A DNA stretch of 61,596 bases, filler included. It is 3 parts of 3 records of this genome, joined end to end, with 100 filler letters (N's around TTAATTAATTAA, not from the genome) between each part and the next. Parts side by side here need not be neighbours in the genome. Positions count along the whole stretch, not along the records: positions 1 to 29,518 come from DRR378314_404; positions 29,619 to 56,195 come from DRR378314_407; 1 more part is not named here. One strand, written 5' to 3'. Position 1 is the stretch's first letter; each line of letters begins with the position of its first letter. Made by a program: the position numbers and the translations under genes. The notes beneath the pieces were generated by a model. It did not search any database and was not told where the DNA came from. It saw only the letters and a list, made by a program, of their open reading frames with translations. Positions 20,251 to 33,134 of this stretch are shown here, in pieces.

Positions 20251-23200
20251 ATGTTATACGACTCAAAATTAGAAAAAGATAATTGTGGCTTTGGCTTAAT
20301 AGCCCAGGTTAATGGTCAGGCTAGTCATCGCTTAATAAGAACAGCGATCACCGGCCTTGACCGTATGGAACACCGTGGTGGTATTTCTGCCGATGGTAAA
20401 ACAGGCGATGGTTGTGGTTTATTGTTACAAAAACCAGACAGCTTTTTTCGCGCGATCGCCAGTGAGCAAAATTGGCATTTAGGTAAAAATTATGCAGTTG
20501 GCATGATTTTCTTAAACGCAGATCCAGTACTTGCACAAACTGCCAAAGATGTATTGAGTGAAGAACTCGAAAAAGAAACGCTTAATATTCAGGGTTGGCG
20601 TGTTGTGCCGACAGATGCATCGTGCTTGGGCCCTATTGCCAAAAAACAACTACCAAATTTTGAACAAATTTTTGTAAGTGCGCCTGAGGGTTGGCGTCCG
20701 AAAGATTTAGAGCGCCGCTTATACGTAGCACGTCGTCGTGCTGAGAAACGTTTAAGCGACGATGAAGGTTTTTACATAGCGAGCTTGTCTGGGTTGGTGA
20801 CCATCTACAAAGGCTTAATGATGCCGGTAGATTTACCTAACTTTTATTTAGATTTAGCTGATATTCGTATGACCAGTGCGATATGTGTTTTTCATCAACG
20901 CTTTTCAACAAACACACAGCCACGCTGGCCACTTGCTCAACCATTTCGTTATTTAGCGCACAATGGTGAGATCAATACGATTCAAGGTAACCGTCAGTGG
21001 GCGCGTGCGCGTTCGTACAAGTTCGCCTCGCCACTTATTCCTGACTTACAAACAGCAGCACCCTTTGTTAATGAAACAGGCTCAGATTCATCAAGTTTAG
21101 ATAACATGCTTGAGCTATTTTTAGCGGGTGGCATGGATTTATTCCGTGCTATGCGTATGCTTGTGCCACCTGCATGGCAGAAAAACCGTGCAATGGATGA
21201 TGACTTACGTGCGTTTTATGACTTTAACTCAATGCATATGGAACCGTGGGATGGCCCAGCGGGTATCGTTATGTCTGATGGTCGCTTTGCGGCCTGTAAT
21301 CTAGACCGTAACGGCCTTCGTCCTGCGCGCTATGTGATCACACAAGATGGCTTTATTACCCTTGCCTCTGAAGTGGGTATTTGGGATTACACCGCTGATG
21401 AAGTCGTTGAAAAAGGCCGTGTTGGTCCGGGTGAACTGTTAGTTATTGACACACATTTAGGCAAAATTTGGCACTCTGATGAAATCGATCAAGATTTAAA
21501 AGCGCGCCACCCATATAAAGCATGGCTGCAAGAGAATGTGAAACGATTAACACCGTTCGAGCAGTTATCTGAGCAAGATGCAGGTAATCGTTCATTTGAC
21601 GATCAAACCTTACTCAAATACCAAAAAATGTTTGGCTTTACTAACGAAGAGCTCGACAGTGTTATTCGTGTAATGGGTGAAATTGGCCAAGAAGCAACGG
21701 GCTCGATGGGCGATGATACGCCATTTGCCGTGCTATCTGAAGGTAACCGTTCGTTGTTTGATTACTTCCGCCAAAAGTTTGCGCAGGTAACTAATCCGCC
21801 GATCGACCCTCTTCGTGAAAATCACGTTATGTCACTGGCTACTTGTATTGGTAGTGAGCAAAACGTATTTAACGAAACCACAGGCCACGCTAAACGCTTG
21901 CAGTTTGATACACCGATTTTGATGTATGCAGACATGCAGCAGTTACTAAGTGCCGACCAAGCGCATTACAGCTACTGTAAAATTGATATTACTTATAGTA
22001 AAGAAGAAGGCTTAGCTAATGCGGTTACCCGTATTTGCGATGAAGCGCAAGAAAAAGCGGCTTCAGGCTGTGTAATGTTATTTCTAAGCGACCGTAACTT
22101 TGACGAAGATAGATTACCAATCCCAGCAGCAATGGCTGTTGGCGCTGTACAAAAACGCCTTGTAGATAACAACTTACGCTGTGAATCAAATATCATCATT
22201 GAAACAGGTAGCGTGCGTGATGCGCACCAATTTGCCGTACTAATTGGTTTTGGTGCAACGGCAATCTATCCATACCTTGCGTATGAATCATTGGTTGCAA
22301 TGAGCGACTCAAAAGTAATTAAGAAAAGCTACTGCGAAGTGACCCTTGCTTATCGTAATGCGATAAACAAAGGCTTATACAAGATTATGTCGAAGATGGG
22401 CATTAGCACCGTTGCGTCATATCGTTGTTCAATGTTATTCGAAGCCGTTGGTTTGTCAGATACCGTGGTTGATACGTGTTTTAATGGCGTAGCTAGTCGA
22501 ATCAAGGGCGCATGTTTTAGCGACTTTGATGAAGACCAACGTAAACTTCATCAGTTAGCACACAGCAAACGCAGGCTATTAAGCCATGGTGGTTTATTAA
22601 AATATGTACATGGCGGTGAATACCACGCCTACAACCCAGACGTTATTCAAACATTGCAAAAAGCAGTGCGCTCTGGTGACTACACTGATTACAGCGTCTA
22701 TGCTGATTTGGTTAATAAACGTCCAGTATCTACATTGCGTGACATGTTAGCGCTTAAATTGCCAGATAAAGGGATCAGCATTGATGATGTTGAGCCTGCT
22801 ACTGAGCTATACAAACGTTTTGACTCTGCGGCAATGAGTATTGGTGCGTTGTCACCAGAAGCACATGAAGCACTGGCCATCGCAATGAACCGCTTAGGCG
22901 GTTGTTCGAACTCCGGTGAGGGTGGTGAAGACAAACTACGCTACGGTACAGAGAAAAACTCGCGTATTAAGCAAGTTGCCTCGGGCCGATTTGGTGTAAC
23001 ACCGCATTACTTACGCAGCGCTGATGTCATTCAAATCAAAGTAGCGCAGGGTGCAAAGCCAGGCGAGGGCGGCCAGTTACCGGGTGAAAAAGTAACCCCG
23101 TATATCGCTAAGCTACGCTATTCAGTACCCGGTGTAACGCTTATTTCGCCTCCACCACATCATGATATTTACTCAATTGAAGATTTAGCCCAGCTAATTT

Positions 23201-24708
23201 TTGATTTAAAACAAGTAAACCCTAAAGCGCTGATCTCGGTCAAACTAGTATCAGAGCCAGGTGTGGGGACGATTGCAACAGGTGTTGCAAAAGCCTATGC
23301 CGATTTAATTACAATATCGGGTTATGACGGTGGTACAGGTGCAAGTCCATTAACATCCGTAAAATATGCGGGTAGCCCATGGGAACTTGGTCTTGCAGAG
23401 ACCCAACAAGCATTAGTTGAAAATGGCTTACGTCACCGTATTCGTCTACAAACAGATGGCGGGTTAAAAACAGGTTTAGACATTATTAAAGCGGCTATTT
23501 TAGGGGCAGAAAGCTTCGGCTTTGGTACTGGCCCAATGGTGGCATTAGGGTGTAAATACTTACGTATTTGTCACTTAAACAATTGCGCGACCGGTGTTGC
23601 AACACAAGACGATACACTACGTCAAAAGCATTATCATGGTCTGCCAGAAATGGCGATGAACTACTTTAAGTTTATTGCACAAGAAGCCCGTGAAATCATG
23701 GCAAGCCTTGGTGTAGCAAATTTAACCGACTTAATTGGTCGCTTAGATTTACTTGAAGCGATTGAAGGCAAAACCGCGAAGCAACAAAAGATTGATTTAT
23801 CATCTGTGATTGCTCAGCCAAATAACCCAACGGGTGAAACGCTTTATTGCAGTGCGCCAAACTCGTCACATTACTTAGGTAAGTTAAACGAAACGCTGCT
23901 TGAAAAAGCACAACAAGCAATCGATGAAAGTACGGGGATTTCGCTGGTTAATCGTATTTGTAATACCGATCGCTCAGTGGGTGCCATGCTATCAGGTTAT
24001 ATTGCTGACAAACATGGCAACCAAGGTATGGCAGCTGATCCTGTATCAATTGAATTGCACGGTACTGCTGGTCAATCATTTGGTGTGTGGAATGCAGGCG
24101 GACTTGAAATGACGCTTGTAGGTGACGCTAACGATTATGTTGGTAAAGGTATGGCTGGCGGTAAGCTGGTTATTCGTCCGCCGCTAGGTTCATCATTTCA
24201 AAGCCACAAAGCGACGATTGCTGGTAACACGTGTTTATACGGTGCAACAGGCGGCAAGTTATTTGCTGCAGGCTGTGCAGGTGAGCGTTTTGCTGTGCGT
24301 AACTCGGGTGTGCAAGCGGTGGTAGAAGGCCTAGGCGATAACGGCTGTGAATACATGACCGGCGGTGTTGTGTGCGTACTTGGTAACGTTGGGGTTAACT
24401 TCGGTGCGGGTATGACAGGTGGTTTTGCTTATATTTTAGATGAGCGTAACGACTTTGAAAAACGCATTAACCCAGAGTTGGTTGAAGTTGTGCTATTGGA
24501 TGAACTCAGTTCTCACCAAGAACACTTACGCGGTCTAATTGCCGAGCACTTAGAGCTAACAGGCTCAAGTCGTGCAGAGAATATTTTAGCTAATTTTGAA
24601 ACTTACTTACCTAAGTTTAAGTTGGTTAAACCAAAATCAAGTGATGTGAAAAGTTTACTCGGGCACCGCGCTCGCAGTAGTGCAGAACTTCGTGTTCAAG
24701 CACAGTAA
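20251..24708 (+). CDS. gltB: Glutamate synthase large subunit
   Basis: N-terminal CGFG nucleophile, HQRFSTNT, HNGEINT, QVASGRFGV, 3Fe-4S C..C..C, GXGXG domain. Confidence 0.99.
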   Translation: MLYDSKLEKDNCGFGLIAQVNGQASHRLIRTAITGLDRMEHRGGISADGKTGDGCGLLLQKPDSFFRAIASEQNWHLGKNYAVGMIFLNADPVLAQTAKDVLSEELEKETLNIQGWRVVPTDASCLGPIAKKQLPNFEQIFVSAPEGWRPKDLERRLYVARRRAEKRLSDDEGFYIASLSGLVTIYKGLMMPVDLPNFYLDLADIRMTSAICVFHQRFSTNTQPRWPLAQPFRYLAHNGEINTIQGNRQWARARSYKFASPLIPDLQTAAPFVNETGSDSSSLDNMLELFLAGGMDLFRAMRMLVPPAWQKNRAMDDDLRAFYDFNSMHMEPWDGPAGIVMSDGRFAACNLDRNGLRPARYVITQDGFITLASEVGIWDYTADEVVEKGRVGPGELLVIDTHLGKIWHSDEIDQDLKARHPYKAWLQENVKRLTPFEQLSEQDAGNRSFDDQTLLKYQKMFGFTNEELDSVIRVMGEIGQEATGSMGDDTPFAVLSEGNRSLFDYFRQKFAQVTNPPIDPLRENHVMSLATCIGSEQNVFNETTGHAKRLQFDTPILMYADMQQLLSADQAHYSYCKIDITYSKEEGLANAVTRICDEAQEKAASGCVMLFLSDRNFDEDRLPIPAAMAVGAVQKRLVDNNLRCESNIIIETGSVRDAHQFAVLIGFGATAIYPYLAYESLVAMSDSKVIKKSYCEVTLAYRNAINKGLYKIMSKMGISTVASYRCSMLFEAVGLSDTVVDTCFNGVASRIKGACFSDFDEDQRKLHQLAHSKRRLLSHGGLLKYVHGGEYHAYNPDVIQTLQKAVRSGDYTDYSVYADLVNKRPVSTLRDMLALKLPDKGISIDDVEPATELYKRFDSAAMSIGALSPEAHEALAIAMNRLGGCSNSGEGGEDKLRYGTEKNSRIKQVASGRFGVTPHYLRSADVIQIKVAQGAKPGEGGQLPGEKVTPYIAKLRYSVPGVTLISPPPHHDIYSIEDLAQLIFDLKQVNPKALISVKLVSEPGVGTIATGVAKAYADLITISGYDGGTGASPLTSVKYAGSPWELGLAETQQALVENGLRHRIRLQTDGGLKTGLDIIKAAILGAESFGFGTGPMVALGCKYLRICHLNNCATGVATQDDTLRQKHYHGLPEMAMNYFKFIAQEAREIMASLGVANLTDLIGRLDLLEAIEGKTAKQQKIDLSSVIAQPNNPTGETLYCSAPNSSHYLGKLNETLLEKAQQAIDESTGISLVNRICNTDRSVGAMLSGYIADKHGNQGMAADPVSIELHGTAGQSFGVWNAGGLEMTLVGDANDYVGKGMAGGKLVIRPPLGSSFQSHKATIAGNTCLYGATGGKLFAAGCAGERFAVRNSGVQAVVEGLGDNGCEYMTGGVVCVLGNVGVNFGAGMTGGFAYILDERNDFEKRINPELVEVVLLDELSSHQEHLRGLIAEHLELTGSSRAENILANFETYLPKFKLVKPKSSDVKSLLGHRARSSAELRVQAQ

Positions 24709-26133
<1,425 letters not shown>

Positions 26134-26156
26134 CGCTTTGAAGGTTTAAGAATATG

Positions 26157-26184
26157 AAAAGCAAGCCTACTGGCTTGCTTTTTT
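26157..26184 (+). terminator. Intrinsic terminator after gltD
   Basis: AAAAGCAAGCC-TACT-GGCTTGCTTTTTT. Confidence 0.88.
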
Positions 26185-26262
26185 ATTATAAACAGAATTT
26201 TATATCGCAAACTGTTATTATTAAATCAATAAAATAACTCACAGTATGGACTTGTAGAGTAA

Positions 26263-28431
26263 ATGAAATTATTGATCAAACTCATTTTAGCTTTAAGTGT
26301 ATTTACAGCACCGGTATTAATTGCAAATGAGAAAACACAATTTGATTCGTTTGTAGCCGCAATAAAAGAACAAAAAGATAAAGAAATGCTGGCTCAAGAA
26401 GGAGCAAGGTTGCTTGAAAGTGAGCTTGATGATAGCCAACGTGCTTACGTTCTTCACAGAGTTGCATTACTGCACAATAAGCTGGGAGATTTTACTAAAG
26501 TAGAGAATTACTTGAATCAACTTGAGGGGTTGCTTACGCAGTTTAAAAGTTCTGAATATCAGGGAAAGTTATTTATTACTCGTGGAGATTTGGCTATAAA
26601 TCTCGGGCAATTTATAACAGCACAACGCAATTTTGAACAAGCAATTAAATTCTTTGAAAAAACAAAAGACCATCGGATGCTAAGCCATAGTTTACGGTTT
26701 TACTCTTTTGCTCTTAAAGAGAGCGGTAAATTTAGTGAAGCGATGCGAGCTGTAGAAAGTGCCAAAATTGCGGCGACTATGGCAAATAACACACCTGTTA
26801 CCATGGCTGCTTATAATGCCGAAGCAATGATTTATAGTGATCTAAAGTTGCCTGTTAAAGCGTTAGAAATTCAGTTAGATCTCTTAGATTATGTAACGAA
26901 TCAGGCAGAATCCCCCGAAAATTGGTATGGTCAATTATATTACAGTATTGGTAAAAGCTATGCAGATTTAAAAGACCATGAAAAAAGCCTCGATGCGTAT
27001 TTAAATGCATATAAGTATGACAAAAAAACTCAGTTTTTTAATTATGTGGGGTCTGATCTAATTAAAATAAGTCAACAGTTGATGGCTCTTGAACGATATG
27101 CTGAAGTACCCGTTTTTTTAGAAGAGGCGTTGACGCTTTTCACTGAGTTAAAAAGTGAAAGAAATATTGCATGGACTAAAGGTAATCAGGCTGAGTTACT
27201 TACACATACACAGCAATACGCAGAGGCTATTCTTCTTTTTGAAGAAGCACTTGAAAGCTTAGATAAAATTGAAAGTAAGGTACTACATCAACAGCTTTCA
27301 CTATCTTATGCTAAAGCGCTTGTGGGTAATAATGATCATATAAAGGCTCTGAAGATTTTAAATAAGCTCAATACCAGCGGTGTTACACAGAGTTCTCAAC
27401 ATACATTAACAAACTTATTAGCTACAGTTTATAGCCAACTAGGTCGTTTTGAAGAAGCCTTTGCTATGAAAAATATGGCATACAATAATCTAACAGACGA
27501 AATGAATAATGAGAGTAACTCACGCGCGCTAGGGTTAGCAGCACAAGCGCAATACCAAACGTCTCAGATCGAATTAGCCGAAATGAAAGCAGAGCAGGAA
27601 GTTAATGAAATTAAAAATCAGCAAAATATGTTTATTGCTGCTGGTGTGGCGCTGATACTTCTACTCAGTTTTATTGGCTTGTATTTACTCTATCGTCAAA
27701 AACGCAAGTTGGCTCAGCAAGAAGCGACAATATTAAATAAGTCGCTTATGATGAAGGACCAATTATTAGCGGATGTATCACACGAGCTTCGCACACCTTT
27801 AACGGTGTTAAAATTAAATATAGAGTCACTAGAGCATAACTTGATAGATGATCCAGACGCGACATATAAACTCTTACATGTCAGGTTGGACAGCCTAAAT
27901 AAATTAATCTCTGATATATATGAACTTGCTCAGGCTGATAGTGGATATCTAGAGTTACAAAGGGTGCAGTGTGATGCGTATGAGCTCGTTTCAAATTTCT
28001 CAAATGACATTGAGCTGTTAGTGACTAAAGCGGGTTTATCATTTGAAAGTAAAGTTAATATACAATTAAACGCTTTAGTATCAATTGATGTTCATAAATT
28101 AAATCAGGTTATTTATAATCTCGCGCGCAACAGTATTAACTACACAGATTTACCAGGTAAAGTAGAGTTTAGTAGCGAGATCATTAATAACGATTTGATT
28201 CTATGCTTAAGTGATTCCAGTCCAAGTGTCAGTGTAAATGATTTAGATAAAATCTTTGACCGTTTATACCGTTGTGATAAATCAAGAAGCAGAGAATCCG
28301 GTGGTTCAGGCTTAGGACTGGCAATAAGTAAAAAAATAATATCTTTACATGGGGGTACAATCAAAGCATCGCTAAGTGAATTAGGCGGCATCAGCGTGCT
28401 CATTACTGTTCCTTTATACTTAAATAAATAA
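26263..28431 (+). CDS. Sensor histidine kinase with extracytoplasmic TPR-like helical domain and BaeS-like transmitter
   Basis: Signal peptide, about 400 aa of TPR-like helices, single TM (FIAAGVALILLLSFIGLYLLY), VSHELRTPL, NLARNS, GGSGLGL. Confidence 0.88.
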   Translation: MKLLIKLILALSVFTAPVLIANEKTQFDSFVAAIKEQKDKEMLAQEGARLLESELDDSQRAYVLHRVALLHNKLGDFTKVENYLNQLEGLLTQFKSSEYQGKLFITRGDLAINLGQFITAQRNFEQAIKFFEKTKDHRMLSHSLRFYSFALKESGKFSEAMRAVESAKIAATMANNTPVTMAAYNAEAMIYSDLKLPVKALEIQLDLLDYVTNQAESPENWYGQLYYSIGKSYADLKDHEKSLDAYLNAYKYDKKTQFFNYVGSDLIKISQQLMALERYAEVPVFLEEALTLFTELKSERNIAWTKGNQAELLTHTQQYAEAILLFEEALESLDKIESKVLHQQLSLSYAKALVGNNDHIKALKILNKLNTSGVTQSSQHTLTNLLATVYSQLGRFEEAFAMKNMAYNNLTDEMNNESNSRALGLAAQAQYQTSQIELAEMKAEQEVNEIKNQQNMFIAAGVALILLLSFIGLYLLYRQKRKLAQQEATILNKSLMMKDQLLADVSHELRTPLTVLKLNIESLEHNLIDDPDATYKLLHVRLDSLNKLISDIYELAQADSGYLELQRVQCDAYELVSNFSNDIELLVTKAGLSFESKVNIQLNALVSIDVHKLNQVIYNLARNSINYTDLPGKVEFSSEIINNDLILCLSDSSPSVSVNDLDKIFDRLYRCDKSRSRESGGSGLGLAISKKIISLHGGTIKASLSELGGISVLITVPLYLNK

Positions 28432-28544
28432 CATCCTATGACATTATCCATATTCTCTCCATAATATTGAGTTGTAATAACCATATTAGAATTTAAAACC
28501 AAAATAGTATTTTTGGTGTAAACTTATATGGATAGCGCTTAGGT

Positions 28545-28742
28545 ATGTCTGTTTCTTATACAAAACTATCGGCCCTTGGCTTTATCAAGTCAACAACACC
28601 CATTGAGCAGGATTTACTTTGTGAGTTGGAAAATAGTGATGATATATATGATGTATTATCAATGTTGTTATTTGACGAAACATTATCATTAACCTTTAGA
28701 TGCTCGATAAAAAAGCATTTAAAAACAATTCAAATAAAATAA
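28545..28742 (+). CDS. Small hypothetical protein (65 aa) between kinase and regulator
   Basis: Co-directional ORF ending 12 bp before the regulator; no recognisable motif. Confidence 0.4.
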   Translation: MSVSYTKLSALGFIKSTTPIEQDLLCELENSDDIYDVLSMLLFDETLSLTFRCSIKKHLKTIQIK

Positions 28743-28754
28743 ACAGGCTCATTT

Positions 28755-29435
28755 ATGCATCATGTTTTAATTGTTGAAGATGATATTGATATTGCTCAAC
28801 AAGTAATGCTTTTTTTTAAAGCGGCAGGTTTTAAATCAACACATATTGATGATGGTGCAAAAGTTGTCTCTTGGGTTAAAGAAAATAAACCCGATACAAT
28901 AATAATGGATGTAATGCTACCTAATCAGTGTGGGGTCGAGTGTCTAAAGCAGATTAGGCTTTTTTCGTTAGTACCTGTAATTATGGTTACAGCCAAAGTT
29001 GCTGAGTCAGACCGATTAAAAGGGCTTGAACTGGGGGCTGATGATTATGTTTGTAAACCCTTCAGTGCGGCTGAGTTAGTAATGCGTGTGAAAGCTATAT
29101 TACGCCGGTGCTCACAAAATCAACATACAGAGGCTGAGCAGGCCATCGAAATAAACACTGAAAACCTAACTGTAAAATTAAAAGGCAACTTGCTTGCTCT
29201 TACTAAAGTAGAATTTGACATTTTTTCACTCCTGTATAAATCACCAAGCCGTGTGTTCTCTAGACAATATATTCTTGAATATGTGCAACCGAGCAACTTG
29301 GATATCACCGACCGAGTGATTGATAGCCATATTAAAAACATCCGCAAAAAACTTAAACACTTAAATTTCTCTCCTAAAATAGTTGGCTCTGTATATGGAG
29401 CCGGCTATTGCTTCAATAAAGATGAAATAGCTTAA
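28755..29435 (+). CDS. OmpR/BaeR-family response regulator
   Basis: IVEDD, MDVMLP, GADDYVCKPF, winged helix RVIDSHIKNIRKK..VYGAGY. Confidence 0.93.
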   Translation: MHHVLIVEDDIDIAQQVMLFFKAAGFKSTHIDDGAKVVSWVKENKPDTIIMDVMLPNQCGVECLKQIRLFSLVPVIMVTAKVAESDRLKGLELGADDYVCKPFSAAELVMRVKAILRRCSQNQHTEAEQAIEINTENLTVKLKGNLLALTKVEFDIFSLLYKSPSRVFSRQYILEYVQPSNLDITDRVIDSHIKNIRKKLKHLNFSPKIVGSVYGAGYCFNKDEIA

Positions 29436-29444
29436 CCAGTCAAT

Positions 29445-29478
29445 AAAAAAGCCAGTATTCTATGAATACTGGCTTTTT
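29445..29478 (+). terminator. Intrinsic terminator after response regulator
   Basis: AAAAAAGCCAGTATTC-TAT-GAATACTGGCTTTTT. Confidence 0.88.
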
Positions 29479-29488
29479 GCAGTTTAAA

Positions 29489-29518
29489 TTACACCTTACA
29501 CCTTACACCTTACACCTT
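29489..29518. repeat. Heptamer tandem repeat (TTACACC)x4+ at contig end
   Basis: TTACACC repeated four times and running into the gap. Confidence 0.9.
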
Positions 29519-29618
29519 NNNNNNNNNNNNNNNNNNNNNNNNNNNNNNNNNNNNNNNNNNNNTTAATTAATTAANNNNNNNNNNNNNNNNNNNNNNNNNN
29601 NNNNNNNNNNNNNNNNNN
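29519..29618. other. Artificial contig-joining spacer
   Basis: 44 N + TTAATTAATTAA (stops in all six frames) + 44 N. Confidence 0.98.
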
Positions 29619-32600
29619 TAGGCTCGGACAAAATATTCGGTACCTGCGCTAAGCCCTGTTATTTCATCCGAAAAACTACCATCCCCGGAACCGATCTGCA
29701 CCTTGGTATCGTCCTCTATATTGGGCGTACCGCTAGTATTGTAGACAATACCTCGCTCGGTGACGGTTGCGCCTCCATTATCGGTGACCTCTCCACCAAG
29801 GGTTGCTGTGGTATTGGTAACGCCTGAGGCGGCTGTGGTGGTTAGGGTCGGTACTTCAAGCAGATTGATAGTGATTGTAAAGGTCTGAGCGGTCAATTCC
29901 CCACCATCTGGGTCACTTACCTTAAATTCAAAACTATCCTCGTTCTGATCACCGATAGTATTGGTGTATCTGAGCCTATCATTGTTAATATCATCTTGGG
30001 TAAATGTTGTATTTACAACCAGTTCTACATCACCGGCCTCAAATACGTTGCTAGGGTTGGAATCTATAAACAAAACACCATATGAAACTGACGAAATAAT
30101 GGTAAAAGTAATATCGGAACCACTGCCTGTTTCAGCATCGGTTGCGTTCAATTTTCCAGAGTCAATGAGTTCCGTAGTCCCTTCATTGAGGGTTAATCCG
30201 TTGTTTACGGATACCGTAGGGATTTGATTTATCGTAATATTAAAAGTCTGGTTGGCCAACTCCCCACCATCCGGGTCGCTCAGGGTAAACACAAAGCTGT
30301 CCGAGGTCTGATTCCCTACAGTATTGGTGTATCTGAGTCGGTCGTTGTTAACATCATCTTGGGTAAATGTTGCACCTAATATGAGTTCGTCCTCTCCGGA
30401 ATCGAACGTATTGTTAAGGTTGGCATCAAGAAACAATGTTCCATAGGCAGCTACAGTGGTAACTGTTGCCGTCAGTTGAGCGTCATCCTCCGTTTCGTCA
30501 TCATTGAAATGTAATTTACCACTATCAATATTTCCCGTTTCCCCTTCCGTTACCGTTAATCCATTATTGGCATCTACTATTGGGGCCATATTGGGAGCAC
30601 TCGTTGTAAAACTCTCCACTCCGCCATAAGTTGTTCCTTCACTGTTGGTGGCATAGGCTTGGTAATAATAGGTCGTTGATGCACTAAGCCCTGAAATGGA
30701 TTCGCTTAAAATACCTGTTCCACTTCCATCCGTCACTGGGGTTACACCAGCTTCACCAATGGTCGGAGTATTATCTAAACTGGAATAGACAAAGCCTCGC
30801 TCGGTTACGGAGGCGCCTCCATCAGAAGTAACATTGCCGCCTAGTGTGGCTCCATCTGAGGAAATTAAAGATGCAGAGGAGGTGGAAACGGCCGGAGCTG
30901 AGTATGAAGGCTCCACGTAAGTTGAAGTATAGAAATTATCTATGGAAGGGATATCTGTTGAACCCAGCCCAATAAATATATATGCCTCTGCAGACCCTGC
31001 CAGTTCAGAATTGGTTACTGTTTGTATCTCCTCTACCAAAGGAGTTGTTGATGCTAAGGTACCATTAGAATTAGCATTGAATATCCTTGCGGTAACACTA
31101 TATTGATTTGTTCCCAAATACGTAACCTCCATCTCCCAATAGCGCCATGACGAAGTGAATCCCAGTTCTGACTGTAAAGTTATTAAATCAGCTGTGTTGT
31201 ACAATCCTATAGTTCCGTTATCAATATCCCCTCCCGCAATAGCGATATGAGACCTATAAGCTGTTATATCATCATTTGCCGGTCTGCCCAAAGATTCATT
31301 AGGGTCTTTTTTATTTGTTACCCCAAATGCACTGATGTAGGTTCCTTGCATAAAGGCCCCAATTTTCCAATTAGCCAAAGTCGGCGAAAAGGGCTGTTGA
31401 AAAGTCCACACCTGACTAGCAGTTATATCGCCGGTGTTAAACCTTCCCGTATTGTCTATACCTCCTGAAGCCGAATATGAAGCCAGCCCGATAGTTTGGC
31501 TTGTACTGAAGTTGGCAGTAAACTCAGTTGGTGAATTAAAATAAACTGTAGGTGTAGGCAATTCATAAGAAGTATCCGTTGTAAAACTCTCCACCCCGCC
31601 ATAAGTCGTACCCTCAGCATTGGTGGCATAGGCTTGGTAATAATAGGTAGTGGATCCACTCAGCCCTGAAATAGGTTCGCTAAAAATACCCGTGCCACTA
31701 CCATCCGTTGCCTGGGTTACACCAGCTTCTCCAAGGACCGGGGTATTGTCCGAACTGGAATAGACGAAACCTCTAGCAGAGACGGTCGCTCCTCCATCAG
31801 AAGTGACATTACCGCCAAGGGTGGCTTCAGTTACTGTAACGCCTGAGGCAGCTGTGGTGGTTAGGGTTGGCGTAGTACCAGAAGCAACAATATTTGGTGT
31901 ATCAAATGCTCCTGAGGAAATGGTATAAGCATTTGAATCATCATAAATCCAATTACTTCTATTATTGATTTCAGAGGCTATAAAAGCTTTAGTTCCTGTT
32001 AACGTACCATCATATTTTGCGTTGTCCGTTTCATTAAAAGGATTAGGAAATAAAGCGATTGCATTGGTTCCGTTAGTTAGTGTATTGGGAAGCCCGGTGG
32101 TACTGACTCCAGTTGTCTCACACGACTGTCCGGATGTTGTGCAGTTCTGGCAATCGAACCAATTATTGGCATCGTCACAACCTGCAGTATGGGCAAAATT
32201 ATCATCACCATATAGTCCAGATAGAAAATCAGGAACGCTCGGCTTAACTCCAGTAGTACTTTGGTATGCAAAAAGGTTATCACCTGCTGAAAGATTCCAA
32301 CCAGTTCCACTCAAAACTGCAGACATATTGCCAACAGAGGAAATTAAAGCATCTGTTGAACCATTTTCATATACATATATAATTGTTCCGGCAGGTGTTG
32401 CTCCTGTGGCAGTCCAAGAGTAATGCCCTTCACTTGACCCGTACCAAGCATTCCCGTTGGCATTCCAGCCTTCTTCGGTAAAATAGATTACCGTTCCTGC
32501 AGATATATCTTCAAGTGTAATCCAAGAAAAAGAATGGTCTTCTGTTCCGTTTATATCAGTATTATAACCTAAAAAAGCAACATCTCCAGGCGAAAGTGCT

Positions 32601-32674
32601 GTTTGCGCATACACAACCGATGAGGTAATGCTAAAAAATAATAAAACTAAAATAAGGTAGGTAGTCTTTTTCAT
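29619..32674 (-). CDS. Large secreted repetitive surface protein (FN3-like repeats + Cadherin_3/CSPG-like repeats); 3' truncated; probable T9SS cargo
   Basis: Signal peptide MKKTTYLIL..VYA; three ~100-aa repeats (ATLGG.VT.DGGA.V..RG.VY..), two ~120-aa repeats with TFTQDD.NNDRLRYT; runs into the gap. Confidence 0.85.
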
Positions 32675-33134
32675 GTTGGCAATGTTTTGTAATTTATTAA
32701 ACAGGGCAATAGTAGGACATTCTACTTTTTCCTACGCAGAAATGTTGTGAATGTGGATAATTGTGATGTTTATACTTAATTATTTGTAAGAATAGTAATA
32801 TTAAAATAATGGATTGTGCTTGCCGTACCAAAAGCGCATGGAATAAAAATATGGACTTACTAAATTTTTGCTTGATATAGGCCAAGTTGCAGGAAATGAG
32901 CAGTATTTGACCGGCCAAGGTAGAATTGTCTAATAGCTAGTGGGCTAGCCACATTTAAGGACGGCACGAACCTGTCTCGCTGTCTTTTAGATTTGCACTA
33001 AAAAAATAAACTATTGTGATATTGTTGAAAGGGGGTCCGGGGGAGACTTATATATTAGGATAATTTGCAAAACTGTAATGTAAAACAAAGAAGAACGGGG
33101 TGATTTAAACGGGATGTAAGGCAATAATAACTGG

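Noticed and set aside
29563-29574. TTAATTAATTAA palindrome (also at 56240-56251)
   Set aside because: Synthetic six-frame-stop linker inside N padding
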